Below are positions 38,811 through 48,789 of a stretch of 64,000 nucleotides of DNA, piece by piece (the first letter of the stretch is position 1; every line of letters starts with the position of its first letter). Where the stretch lies: positions 672,001 to 736,000 of the forward strand of contig CAWECG010000003.1 in the NCBI GenBank assembly GCA_963807605.1, read 5' to 3'. This stretch comes from Candidatus Bathyarchaeota archaeon (GTDB lineage: Archaea > Thermoproteota > Bathyarchaeia > 40CM-2-53-6 > RBG-13-38-9). Below the pieces are notes generated by a model that had not been told where the DNA came from, searched no databases, and saw nothing but the letters and a program-made list of their open reading frames with translations. Both the position numbers and the translations under genes were made by a program.

Positions 38811-40326
38811 GGCAGGCAAGATCAAGCCAGTCTACTGTCCAATCGACAATCGTCACCTGGATCTAGCATCTGATCTAATAGAGGCCTTCAGCAAGAATAT
38901 TGGGAGAAGGAAAGGGGAGCTACTTAATTTTCTGGAACGATTCGAGGGTCTGGGCTACGATTATAGATTGATACGTGGACTGTCCACCCTCCTTGAGCGG
39001 AGATGCACCTTCGACGTCAAAAGCCAAGTCGACCAGAGAGAAGCTAGAAGAATAGTCTTCACGGAAGCGAACAGATACCCGCTTGTAGCAACAGAAGAGA
39101 TGAAGAGTGCTGTTCTGTCAAAGGCAGCCTCCATATTGAATGTTGCAGCTGCGGATCTCGAAGCCTCATTGTGGAGTGACCTGGATGAAGAGCTAATAGT
39201 GAAAGAGTTCAGCCCTATGGCAGCTGAAGAGCTGCTCAAGTTATACAATATGAGTCTGACGCAGACACTCATGTTCAAAGCCACCAGAATTGAGTTCCAG
39301 GTTGCGGCAAACTACAAAGAGATCTTTAGACGGATCAAATTTCTAGGCCTAATGTATACTATAGAAGAAGACGTTGGATCACTCAAGGTTTCAGTAGACG
39401 GTCCAATGTCACTATTCAAACTTACTGAAAGATATGGCACATCATTTGCGAAGCTTCTCCCATCGATAGTTGAGGCTAAAGAGTGGAGGCTCAAAGCAAC
39501 AATAGTCGCTGGCCAGAAACACTCGCCCCGAATACTCCAACTGGAGCTGAACAGCAACAATCTCAGTAACATAATTACGTCACAGAGTCTTGAGCGAGAA
39601 GAGGGATGGGTCTTTGACAGCTCTGTGGAGGAGAAGTTTGCGAGAAGCTTCAGTGTTCTTGGAACTGGCTGGAGATTGGTGAGGGAGCCTGAGGCGCTAG
39701 TTGTTGGAAGGCAGGTAATGATCCCAGACTTCGGCTTTGAGAAGGCTGGGATGAAAGCCTACTTGGAGGTCGTTGGCTTCTGGACCGAGGACTACTTGGA
39801 GAAGAAGATTCAGAAGCTCAAACAGCTCCGTGCCAAAAACATGATTATCGCCGTTGACAAGACTTTAGGCTATTCAAGATTCAAGAAGTTGGGGATGGAG
39901 ATTCTATTCTACGAGAGAGAGGTTCCAGTAAGGCCCATCATGGACTACCTGAGAGGCATAGAAAAGGAAAACATAGCAAAGCAGGTTGAAGCCTTGATGG
40001 GCGTTGAGTTACGACTGCAAGACGATGTGGTTCCTCTTCAAAAGTTGACGGAGGAGCTTCAGACATCAAAGGCAGCCCTTAAGCGTAGACTGCAGAATGT
40101 TCCCTTGAAAGGTTACAGACTGATTGGTGATGACCTGGTCTCTGAGAACAAACTGGAAGATGTCGATAGGAGATTAAGTCAACTGGGAGAGGCAAAGCTC
40201 TCAACAGCATCAGGACTCATGCAAGAGATGGGCATAGAAAATCCTCAGGAAGTGCTTGAAGCCTTAGGTTACAGTATAAAATGGCATGGTCTGGATCAAG
40301 ATAAAGCGCAAGTCTACAAAGAATAG
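38776..40326 (+). CDS. bax1: Bax1 endonuclease (DUF790)
   Basis: MLPSNLL start overlapping xpb, DGPMSLF..TERYG, FDSSVE, IPDF, LEVVGFWT. Confidence 0.9.
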   Translation: MLPSNLLITRSRAGKIKPVYCPIDNRHLDLASDLIEAFSKNIGRRKGELLNFLERFEGLGYDYRLIRGLSTLLERRCTFDVKSQVDQREARRIVFTEANRYPLVATEEMKSAVLSKAASILNVAAADLEASLWSDLDEELIVKEFSPMAAEELLKLYNMSLTQTLMFKATRIEFQVAANYKEIFRRIKFLGLMYTIEEDVGSLKVSVDGPMSLFKLTERYGTSFAKLLPSIVEAKEWRLKATIVAGQKHSPRILQLELNSNNLSNIITSQSLEREEGWVFDSSVEEKFARSFSVLGTGWRLVREPEALVVGRQVMIPDFGFEKAGMKAYLEVVGFWTEDYLEKKIQKLKQLRAKNMIIAVDKTLGYSRFKKLGMEILFYEREVPVRPIMDYLRGIEKENIAKQVEALMGVELRLQDDVVPLQKLTEELQTSKAALKRRLQNVPLKGYRLIGDDLVSENKLEDVDRRLSQLGEAKLSTASGLMQEMGIENPQEVLEALGYSIKWHGLDQDKAQVYKE

Positions 40327-40424
40327 AATACGATAGCGCGCGCCACTCGAAGCCCAGGCTCGCATTGTCGGAAGTTGCTTATTCGAGTGTTAGTGCTATG
40401 TTGTATATGAGAGGTGACTAATGT

Positions 40425-40535
40425 ATGGCAGGCAAGAGAAGTAGGGGAGCTAAGAAAGCGTGGACGGCTAGTAGAGAGAGGAAGGTGGCGAAAGCACGCG
40501 AGAAGAAGAAAGAACGCAAAGCCGCCCTTTTCTGA
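40425..40535 (+). CDS. Very basic 36-aa small protein
   Basis: GAGGTGA RBS at 40411-40417; MAGKRSRGAKKAWTASRERKVAKAREKKKERKAALF; downstream hairpin. Confidence 0.65.
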   Translation: MAGKRSRGAKKAWTASRERKVAKAREKKKERKAALF

Positions 40536-40551
40536 GGGGGTACACCCCCTC
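40534..40551 (+). terminator. GC hairpin GAGGGGG-TACA-CCCCCTC
   Basis: 7-bp perfect stem overlapping the stop of the small basic ORF, between it and the convergent tRNA. Confidence 0.4.
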
Positions 40552-40612
40552 CCGGTGAATGTCGATGGCCAACAGTCTTACGCACTAGCGCACGCTATCT
40601 GAACCTTATTAA

Positions 40613-40719
40613 TGGCGGGCCCGCGGGGATTTGAACCCCGGACCTTTAGCTTTCGCCTGTATGATTAGGAGGCTCAGCCAAACCTGCCTACTGCTCTATC
40701 CATACTGAGCTACGGGCCC
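40613..40719 (-). tRNA. tRNA-Arg(CCT) with two introns (30/31 and 37/38) and encoded CCA
   Basis: GGGCCCG acceptor, GCTC/GAGC D-stem, CGGGG-TTCAAAT-CCCCG T-arm. Removing 40687-40673 and 40665-40652 gives a 78-nt cloverleaf with loop CT-CCT-AA. Confidence 0.9.
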
Positions 40720-40876
40720 TACAACGATTCCAGCGGTCTGACAGTGGCAACCAGCTATGGCTATTCCTCTCTAAAAGGACTTCCACACCTAATCAACCTT
40801 GTCTGGACTTAGAAACTGGACGATGGTTGTTAGTCCGAAAGCGCACGCTAGCAATGACAATCAACAAATGCGGCCA

Positions 40877-42079
40877 TCATTCTTTCCGAGATTTCTCTAG
40901 AAGACTCTTGACTCGGAGTTGCCTAAAGAATTCAAGAGCAAATCCAGCTGTTACTTCCAGTCTTTCTGGCCTCATAATGCTAGGAATATCTAGTGGGGTG
41001 TGATATCGCAAATCGGATCCGCAATTAGCTATCCAGATGGAGGGAATTCCTCTTTCAGCGAATAGACGTTGATCACTGCCAGGGCGTGGAGGCGTGTTCC
41101 AACAATCGACTACGACACCCATCTGCTCAGTTATCGTCTGACAAAAAGCCCTTATGTCAGCCGTCACCCCCACCTCAACTTTGCTCCGATCAGATCCGAC
41201 TGTGTCCAAGTTGATGATCGCATTAATATCACTCAAATCTTGTTGATGACGTTCAACATAACCAGCAGATCCCCAGAGACCGAGTTCTTCACCACTGAAC
41301 AAGACACATTCGAAACCCGTCTCTTCGCTACGGGTTAGTTCACGGGCCAACTCCACAATAGTTGCTACACCAGCAGCATTATCCATTGCGTGAATACCGT
41401 TCCAGAGACTGTCGTAGTGGGCTGACAATAATATGCGCGGGCCCGCGAGGTTGGATGGACGCCCGATGAGATTCTGACCCTCCTTCCATTCCATTCTGCC
41501 ATCGGTCTGAAGGGTTGCTTCCACATGTTCGCCAGACTGCAGACGAGGAATAATCTTACGACCGTCTTCTCCTCCAATACATACGCTAGGTATGCTGCCT
41601 GGTTTTCGATCCAGCCGACCAGAGCCGCATCGAATGGTGTTGTCTTGAAGGGTAGTGACCGAGATTAATCCTAGTGCACCAGTTGCCTCTGCTGCGGTGT
41701 AGGCTAAGAATGATCTCATGTTATCTGAGACTAGTATTGATTCGGTCAGGTCTATGCCTTGAGTTTTAAGTTTGGCGATTTCCTCTTGTGTGCCAGCTCC
41801 ACAATACGCAAGGGGTGCAGTCACCGGCTTCCTAGCGAAAGCCGCATTGACTAAGGGTTCGCAGTCAAGCCTTCTTCCATCGAGGTGGAGTGATACACTT
41901 TTTGTTTCATAAGACAAATAGCTGAAAGACTCCGTCTCTGCTTGAAGGCCAATTTCTTCAAGCCGTGAAAGAATGTAATCTCTAGCTTTTGCAAGGCCGT
42001 CCGTGCCCATATAGCGCGATCCAAAGCTGCAAATGGTTTCGACAATAGAATAGATCTCTTGACCACTAATCGATCCCAT
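40877..42079 (-). CDS. M28 family peptidase with PA domain
   Basis: SAHYDS, AMDNAAG, SGEELGLWGS, NLD, GSD, YHTPLD. Confidence 0.9.
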   Translation of the reverse strand: MGSISGQEIYSIVETICSFGSRYMGTDGLAKARDYILSRLEEIGLQAETESFSYLSYETKSVSLHLDGRRLDCEPLVNAAFARKPVTAPLAYCGAGTQEEIAKLKTQGIDLTESILVSDNMRSFLAYTAAEATGALGLISVTTLQDNTIRCGSGRLDRKPGSIPSVCIGGEDGRKIIPRLQSGEHVEATLQTDGRMEWKEGQNLIGRPSNLAGPRILLSAHYDSLWNGIHAMDNAAGVATIVELARELTRSEETGFECVLFSGEELGLWGSAGYVERHQQDLSDINAIINLDTVGSDRSKVEVGVTADIRAFCQTITEQMGVVVDCWNTPPRPGSDQRLFAERGIPSIWIANCGSDLRYHTPLDIPSIMRPERLEVTAGFALEFFRQLRVKSLLEKSRKE

Positions 42080-42204
42080 AAATCATCTCACCTAGTCGAA
42101 CAATCAACCCTGCTCAAATGACATGCAGTTATAGTGAATGTTAGAAATAGTTCTCACCATTTAGGATTCCGCGCATCATAAAGGTCATTTCACTTGTCTA
42201 TTGC

Positions 42205-44064
42205 TTAGGATTGCAGAAATTGCTCTATCTCTGTTTCAGCGTTGTCTGCTTTGATGAATATCGGTACGTTTTCCATTCCTGTTGCCGTATAGCTTGATAG
42301 TAGCCACTCGCCAGGCGCAAACTCCAGTGTCTTTTCAAGTATGCCTTGGTCGATGGTGAAGGTGTTGCTGACGAGGCTTCGATCATACGGTCTGGGCAGG
42401 GGACCAACAAGGTAGGTGTGCAACTGTTGGAGAGCGTTAGTGTTCAAATACGCTATTCTTTGAGTTGCCACGCATCCTCCCAGTCCATATTTTCTGCCCT
42501 GACGGAGCAAAGTCTCGATCTGTGCGGTGCATCTACTCTCAATTCCTCTTGCCTTATCATAAGCTGGAATAAACTCCTGAGCCTCATCGAAGACGAAGAG
42601 TATAGGCGGTTCCACTCTAAATTCACGTTTTCTTCCTATCAGAATCATCTTCGACAGATCTATGGCTAAGGACTTTACAGTGTTCGGATCTACAATAGAG
42701 AGACAGATGATTCTGCAGTCGCCTTCAATAAGCTTGGCTATGGCTTGCGTAGTGTAGCCTTCATCGGTTTCTTCTATCTTCGATGAAAGGCTGTCTTTCA
42801 GTGAGTCCCTCGTCTGCGCCCATGTGTAGAGGCCCCCGCTCTTCCATATCTTGTATTTCTCAACGATGGCAAGGGCTTTTGCGCTTAGGAATTCAACGAA
42901 CTTCTCGTCTATTGATTTTCCGCGCTCGATCTTCTTCTCTCTTAGATATTCTAGTATAGCTCTGTTGATTGCGTCTAATGCTTCGAGGCTTGTGGCTCGG
43001 TCCGAATTCTCTGACCTCAACAGGTCAAGCTGATGAAGGACATCATCATACGTAATCACGCTTGAGATTGCTTCGGCGTAGCATCCGACTTTGTCCTGAT
43101 TCAGTATATCCTCAAAGGTCTTCCTAGCCTTAACATTCTTCTCAAAGCCTCTCGGCTTAACAACAACCTTGTAGAACTGGTCACCATCCTGGACAGGCGT
43201 CTCCAGGATGATCTTCGAAGGAATCTTTGGGTCTGAAAGTACGTCTTGGAGAAGGAACGGGTACTCCATGGACACGTCGAAGATAACGATCTTCGTATCT
43301 TTGGTGTGATAGATCAGTCTGCGCAGAATACTCGATAGGAGATTCGATTTTCCGGCACCCGTGAACGCAAAGATCCCAAAATGATAACGGACGAGTCTTT
43401 CAAAATCAACATAGATGGGTATCTTCTCTTCTTCATTCTCGAACATCTTGATCGTGCCAAGTCGCGGATCCTCACGTGCAACTGAACTAGTCTTGATCGT
43501 CTTCCACTGGAGGCCCATCCTCTCCAGAACGGGCTTGTTATACATCTGGTGAATAGTATCCTTATTCAGAATGTGAACGCTTTCAGCTATGACCGGGTAG
43601 GTGAAGCCTTTCTGATACTGCGCGTCGCCTCCACCATCAACAATCAGGTCATAATTGAGCGGTATAGCTGCGAGCTGAATCATCATCGTAGCTTTATCGT
43701 CTGTAGCCCAGTCCTCAACCGACTGCTGAATAATCTCAAACTGGTAGGGATAGTAGCTATGTTCAGACAAGCCCGTCAAGCCGTAGTGTTCAGGACTTAT
43801 ACGGGAGATCTCAAGAAGTGTGAATCGTCTTCCGTCGTGGCGGCTAGCCTTGAAGTTGCGCACAGCAAGGAGCATACCTTCCTCAAGTAGGCCCATCAGA
43901 TCCTTCTGATACTCAGCTTTGATCCGACAGTCATATTTGGCTGAGATCCCGGTTGTCTCTGATGGTGCCTCTGTCTTTCTCACGGCTAGAACAGAACTTA
44001 ATCTGGCGATGAATCGGCCGTCGAAATCGGTGAAGAATTTCTTATCATCTGCGTGCGTACTCAA
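42205..44064 (-). CDS. HerA-like ATPase (FtsK/HerA superfamily)
   Basis: HFGIFAFTGAGKS, IFD..MEY, DEAQEF, RQGRKYG, ATQR. Confidence 0.88.
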   Translation of the reverse strand: MSTHADDKKFFTDFDGRFIARLSSVLAVRKTEAPSETTGISAKYDCRIKAEYQKDLMGLLEEGMLLAVRNFKASRHDGRRFTLLEISRISPEHYGLTGLSEHSYYPYQFEIIQQSVEDWATDDKATMMIQLAAIPLNYDLIVDGGGDAQYQKGFTYPVIAESVHILNKDTIHQMYNKPVLERMGLQWKTIKTSSVAREDPRLGTIKMFENEEEKIPIYVDFERLVRYHFGIFAFTGAGKSNLLSSILRRLIYHTKDTKIVIFDVSMEYPFLLQDVLSDPKIPSKIILETPVQDGDQFYKVVVKPRGFEKNVKARKTFEDILNQDKVGCYAEAISSVITYDDVLHQLDLLRSENSDRATSLEALDAINRAILEYLREKKIERGKSIDEKFVEFLSAKALAIVEKYKIWKSGGLYTWAQTRDSLKDSLSSKIEETDEGYTTQAIAKLIEGDCRIICLSIVDPNTVKSLAIDLSKMILIGRKREFRVEPPILFVFDEAQEFIPAYDKARGIESRCTAQIETLLRQGRKYGLGGCVATQRIAYLNTNALQQLHTYLVGPLPRPYDRSLVSNTFTIDQGILEKTLEFAPGEWLLSSYTATGMENVPIFIKADNAETEIEQFLQS

Positions 44065-45913
44065 CTTCAGCCCTCCGCTCCCGGAAAGTATGCATGTAGA
44101 ATGTGAACCTTCGCAACTTAGGATTATTCATCAGCATATGACCAGTTGCATCTATAAGCCCATTCACCCTTGACCTCTGCCCCTTCGCAATCTTGTCAGC
44201 GATGAATAGAGCTTTGTTGTGTCCGAAGACCTCTGGAATGCTGCGGGCACCCATCGCCTTCAGAATTATCATCACAAGATTCTGCACTTTATTCGGAATT
44301 GTCTTGTCTCGATAGAGAATTGGTTCGATAGGCTCGGTTGCTCCTCCATACCGGTGTTTGAAGGAAACAGTCTGATCACCATCAAATTCAGGATGAACCA
44401 GCCGATCGATGAAGAGAACGTTACTTCGCAGCTGAGGATCACTCTTAGCCTCGTCAAGCTGGACATAGCTCTTAACGAATATCCGTTCAGCAATGATTCG
44501 GTTGCTGATGGCGCCGCTGACGAAGCCTTCTCTACCTTCAAAGTCTGGAACAATCATGCGAAATGCGCAATCATACTCAATGAGACTCCAAGGAGTAGGA
44601 ATCTTATGATAGTTAAAGAGGCTCATCGCCTGAAGAAGCATCCTATCAGTGCTCGGAATATCTGTTAGCCTATCTTTGTCAGCCTTCCACAGACCTGCGT
44701 TCACACAAACGGGGACTAGATGGTTCTGGAAATCTCGAGCAGTAGTGTCCTTAGTTATGCCTAGTAAGAGAACCCTGCGTGCCCAACACTCTTCGATAAT
44801 CATATAGAAGCAGTAGAGGGTGAGAAAGGCAAGATCCTGCGTTGTCAACCAGTAATAGTGGTCGCCTTTCTTGATGCGCATGGGGTTGCCTGATGTGGAT
44901 TCGAATAGATTGTCTCCTAAGGTTAGGACAAGTTTCTTGATGCGTTCCCAACTTTTGGCATATCGTGGATTAATTGAATAACTTCCCCCGCTCTCAATAA
45001 GATAGCCTTCATCAACAGACTTGCCAAGGTATTTCAAAAGACGATTTCTGCGTTCTTCACCATCGACTCCCAGCTCTTTGCAGATTTGTTCAGCCTTCAC
45101 TGGTTTCGCTTTCGATTCCAAATAGAAGATGGTTGCGTACCGAATGTAGTCTCCTCTTGCTGGTGGAGTGTGAAGCTTAGAATTAACGACGTGATGTCTA
45201 CCATAGCCCATCTCGTTAATGTCTGTGGGGACGCCGTCGATCTCGAAGCCACAAATAATTCCATCAGTCTTCCAGTGAGAACGCTTGGAAGTATCATACA
45301 TGAGGGCGGTATGCATAGCAGAGAGGCTCCTGTCAAGAAAGAGGATCCTAACATCTTCTTCCACAATCATCTTGTAAGCGAGAAACAACTCTGAAAAGGT
45401 CATAATCCAGTTGGCTATCGTGGAATTGTCAACCACAGCCTGCTCGGTCAGGGCGTCAGTGACAGCCATCAGTCCAGGTTCCGCCGCAGTTGCGATCCTC
45501 TGGTCCACCTCATGGATCCTGTCAACATAAATGGGAATGCAACTCGACACTCCCCGGCCGCGCTCAATGAACCCAGTCGCATACTCTACATGCGGAGGCG
45601 TATTCTCTCTGAACTCCATAGTACCTGACGCCGCGTAGGATCCTCCCCAAAATACTGCCAATCCTGCAACTAGCTGCTGATCTTGAGAACCGTCAACCGC
45701 TGCAAACTTGACACGAGCAGACCCAAACAACCGAAGAGCTGTCTCGTAAGCCTTGGAAACATCGAACCCAGTGACTAGAAGCTCAGATAACAAGCCCTCG
45801 TACAGATCTTTCGCCGATTCGAGTTTGTTCTTAGACTCTTCTACCTGATCTTCAGCTCCCGCTCGAAGAACACTACCTAACCGTTTAACATGCATGCTTA
45901 GAATAGAAGACAT
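44045..45913 (-). CDS. Large NurA-like nuclease with inserted winged-helix domain
   Basis: AAVDGS, SE, LDRSL, GITKD, GHN.AL..AD; overlaps the herA start; internal wHTH-like segment AEQICKELG...LLKYLGKSVDEGYLIE. Confidence 0.75.
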   Translation of the reverse strand: MSSILSMHVKRLGSVLRAGAEDQVEESKNKLESAKDLYEGLLSELLVTGFDVSKAYETALRLFGSARVKFAAVDGSQDQQLVAGLAVFWGGSYAASGTMEFRENTPPHVEYATGFIERGRGVSSCIPIYVDRIHEVDQRIATAAEPGLMAVTDALTEQAVVDNSTIANWIMTFSELFLAYKMIVEEDVRILFLDRSLSAMHTALMYDTSKRSHWKTDGIICGFEIDGVPTDINEMGYGRHHVVNSKLHTPPARGDYIRYATIFYLESKAKPVKAEQICKELGVDGEERRNRLLKYLGKSVDEGYLIESGGSYSINPRYAKSWERIKKLVLTLGDNLFESTSGNPMRIKKGDHYYWLTTQDLAFLTLYCFYMIIEECWARRVLLLGITKDTTARDFQNHLVPVCVNAGLWKADKDRLTDIPSTDRMLLQAMSLFNYHKIPTPWSLIEYDCAFRMIVPDFEGREGFVSGAISNRIIAERIFVKSYVQLDEAKSDPQLRSNVLFIDRLVHPEFDGDQTVSFKHRYGGATEPIEPILYRDKTIPNKVQNLVMIILKAMGARSIPEVFGHNKALFIADKIAKGQRSRVNGLIDATGHMLMNNPKLRRFTFYMHTFRERRAEVEYARR

Positions 45914-46116
45914 TTCTGCCCACCATACTGAATTCCAGCTTAAGTAGACTACTGATCGCTGAAACTAGTCGAGACCGATGTAGAGTAGTGTCTGGCGTAA
46001 AAGATAAGCTATCAGCCATCCAATGCGCGCGTACCAGCAACAAAGAGTCCGCGCAATCTTCAACACACAAAGACTATAGATAGTGTCACTTCATATCCAG
46101 AATTCAGGTGGTCTGC

Positions 46117-46869
46117 ATGAAATTGCAAGGTAAAGTCACAATCATTACGGGCGCTGGGCGTGGCATAGGACGAGCAACAGCAAGAATGTTCGCACAAGAA
46201 GGAGCCAAGATTGTGATAAATTACAGCAAGTCAGAGAAGGAGGCCTACAGCTTGGCTAGCGAGATCGATAATGGAGGCGGAGAAACACTAGTTGTAAAGG
46301 CAGATGTCTCAAAAGCAGATGAAGTCAAGAAGATGATTCAGAAGACCATTGCGAAGTTCGGTCGAATAGATATCCTCGTGAACAATGCAGGCATAGCAAT
46401 CCCCGCAGCCTTCCTTGACTCTACAGAAGAGATTTGGGACCGGACAATGGATGTAAACTTGAAGGGTGCCTATCTATGTTCAAAAGAAGTTGCGCCGATA
46501 ATGCTCAACCAAAAGAGCGGGAAGATAATCAATATAGCTTCGGTTTCTGGAATGGCTGAAAGGACTGCGGTCAATAACACTGCCTACGTCGTCTCCAAGG
46601 CTGGCGTGATAGGTCTAACTCGATCCCTTGCGGTAAATTTGAGTCCACATGTAAATGTCAACGCTATCTGTCCAGGCCTTATCGATACCGATATGGTAGA
46701 AGCCACTTTCACGCCTGAAAAGAAGACAATGGCGATTCAGGAATATCTTCTAAAGAGAATGGGAAAACCGGAAGAAATAGCCAGCGCTGCCCTGTTTTTG
46801 GCATCGGGCGACTCAGACTTCATAACAGGAGAAATACTGACAGTCGCCGGCGGTAAGGCAATGAGATAG
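46117..46869 (+). CDS. Short-chain dehydrogenase/reductase (FabG-like)
   Basis: TGAGRGIG, NNAG, YVVSK, VNAICPG. Confidence 0.92.
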   Translation: MKLQGKVTIITGAGRGIGRATARMFAQEGAKIVINYSKSEKEAYSLASEIDNGGGETLVVKADVSKADEVKKMIQKTIAKFGRIDILVNNAGIAIPAAFLDSTEEIWDRTMDVNLKGAYLCSKEVAPIMLNQKSGKIINIASVSGMAERTAVNNTAYVVSKAGVIGLTRSLAVNLSPHVNVNAICPGLIDTDMVEATFTPEKKTMAIQEYLLKRMGKPEEIASAALFLASGDSDFITGEILTVAGGKAMR

Positions 46870-46924
46870 AACTAATAGTCTATGTCTGCGCCAAACGCGC
46901 GTCTAGAAAACAGCGCTCTCTTCG

Positions 46925-48187
46925 TTACGAAGTCATGTTGCCCTTTGTCTTTGGGTATGGCACCAATAGTATCGTCAGCAAGGCAATCCCAAGCAGTACG
47001 TATGATAGAATGAATGCCCAGTAGTAGCTTTGGTATGCATCGTAGATCAGACCCGCAGCAACTGGACCGGCAGCCCCGCAACCCATGAAAACGAAGTTCA
47101 TTAGGCCAAAAATGACACCGTACGAAACCAAGCCAAAGGTTCTACTTACAGCCAAAGACATGAAAGGTAGCCAGCAACCCATGCTCAGCCCGAATATGAT
47201 GGCATAGAGTATCAGCACGATTATGGGTATTGCTGATTTCATAGTCATTAGTAGTGTGATTGACGTTACCTGAGTGCCGATTCCCATGACGAGAATGTAC
47301 TTCGCCTGTACATGATCACCCAGCCAACCAAAAACAAATTTGCCTACTCCACTGCCAAAACCGGCCAGACTCATGACTGAGGCGGTCGCAGCTATTGGAA
47401 AGCCAATGCCTTGCAGATACGGTACCTGACTTTGTAAGATTGCATTATTAGACACGGTAAATGCGGCCAAGGCAATCATCAACAACCAGAAGGTGGGCGT
47501 TCTCGAAGCCATTTTGAGGTTTAGACCCATCTCAGGCGTAGCAGTTAGCGGGGTCTCATCATTCGTCTGAGGTGTTTCAACACCATCAGGCAGAAGGCCC
47601 ATCTCGGCTGGATTTGATTTGATTATTAGAAGTGCCAAAGGAGCGATAATCAAAGTGGTCAGAAGCCCAGATATGACACAGGTATTCCGCCAACCGAAGG
47701 CAGGAATGAGGAAGGCTCCAATAATCGGTGGCACAACAGAGCCACCGACGCCGATACCAGTGCCCACAATACCGATAGCCCAACCACGTCGTTTCCGAAA
47801 CCATTTACTAATGACCGTGCTTGCCGGCACCACCCCAATGGCAGCGGAACCTACACCCAAGAAAATCGAAAACAAGTAGAATTGCCAAAGTTCTCTAATA
47901 ATACTGATAAGGATGAAGCCAAGTCCCAACAGAGACGCGCCGGCGGCGATAACATTTCTCTCTCCATAACGCGAGATTAACCGACCAATAAAGGGCGAAG
48001 CTACTCCTATCGATAGATAGACTATGGTAATAATAGTCATTATTCCTGCCCTACTCCAAGCAAATTCATCCTGAAGAGGTTTCACGTAAAAACTGAAAGA
48101 ATACATAATGAAGCCATTCCAGAAAATCTGGCATAGAAAGACAAGCAAAATTATCCAGTAACCATAGAAGAACTTCTTTTCAGCCAT
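46925..48187 (-). CDS. MFS transporter (OFA/MCT-like)
   Basis: About 12 TM helices, GRLISRYGER, KWFRKRRG, GWLGDH. Confidence 0.9.
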   Translation of the reverse strand: MAEKKFFYGYWIILLVFLCQIFWNGFIMYSFSFYVKPLQDEFAWSRAGIMTIITIVYLSIGVASPFIGRLISRYGERNVIAAGASLLGLGFILISIIRELWQFYLFSIFLGVGSAAIGVVPASTVISKWFRKRRGWAIGIVGTGIGVGGSVVPPIIGAFLIPAFGWRNTCVISGLLTTLIIAPLALLIIKSNPAEMGLLPDGVETPQTNDETPLTATPEMGLNLKMASRTPTFWLLMIALAAFTVSNNAILQSQVPYLQGIGFPIAATASVMSLAGFGSGVGKFVFGWLGDHVQAKYILVMGIGTQVTSITLLMTMKSAIPIIVLILYAIIFGLSMGCWLPFMSLAVSRTFGLVSYGVIFGLMNFVFMGCGAAGPVAAGLIYDAYQSYYWAFILSYVLLGIALLTILLVPYPKTKGNMTS

Positions 48188-48351
48188 GCCCTTTCGTCCG
48201 ACAGCCTGAACTAAAAAGCCTTCGCGCGCCTATCATCGCGCGCGCAAATCCCCATAGTTCGTTTAGCATTATCTTGACGACGATGCCGCTCATATCATTG
48301 AGTGTGTGCGAGTGGCAACCTTGATTTAGAAAAACGTTTTCCCAACAAGCG

Positions 48352-48684
48352 TTACTGCTCTAAATCTTTCTTCATTTCCAAAAATTCTTCTCTGCTAATT
48401 TCGCCCCTAGCGTACCTTCTTCTGAGAATTCTAATCTCACGCTCTCCATCCCAATGTCCATGATGCCATGGCCATCTGAATATCCAACTGAGGAACCAAA
48501 GTAGAAATAAGAGCGCTACTAGTTTCCAAATCCAGCTTGAAAAGAGTACCGGCTGTTGAGCCCCGCCGAATATTCCATTAGAAATAACACCAAGTATTAT
48601 TGCAATGACAATCAGGCCAAATGCTATTCTGAAAACAAAGGTCATCCAAAATCTTCCAGAGAACCAATCATCTTCATGTACCAT
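48352..48684 (-). CDS. SHOCT-domain membrane protein
   Basis: Two TM helices plus ILRRRYARGEISREEF. Confidence 0.85.
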   Translation of the reverse strand: MVHEDDWFSGRFWMTFVFRIAFGLIVIAIILGVISNGIFGGAQQPVLFSSWIWKLVALLFLLWFLSWIFRWPWHHGHWDGEREIRILRRRYARGEISREEFLEMKKDLEQ

Positions 48685-48789
48685 GTTTTGAGTTGGGCAG
48701 CCATTCCTTAAAAATACATCGAAGTTGACGCACGTAGGGTCGATTCAAATGCTTCAAACTTGAATGTTGCATTGAGCTAGGCGGGCGCG

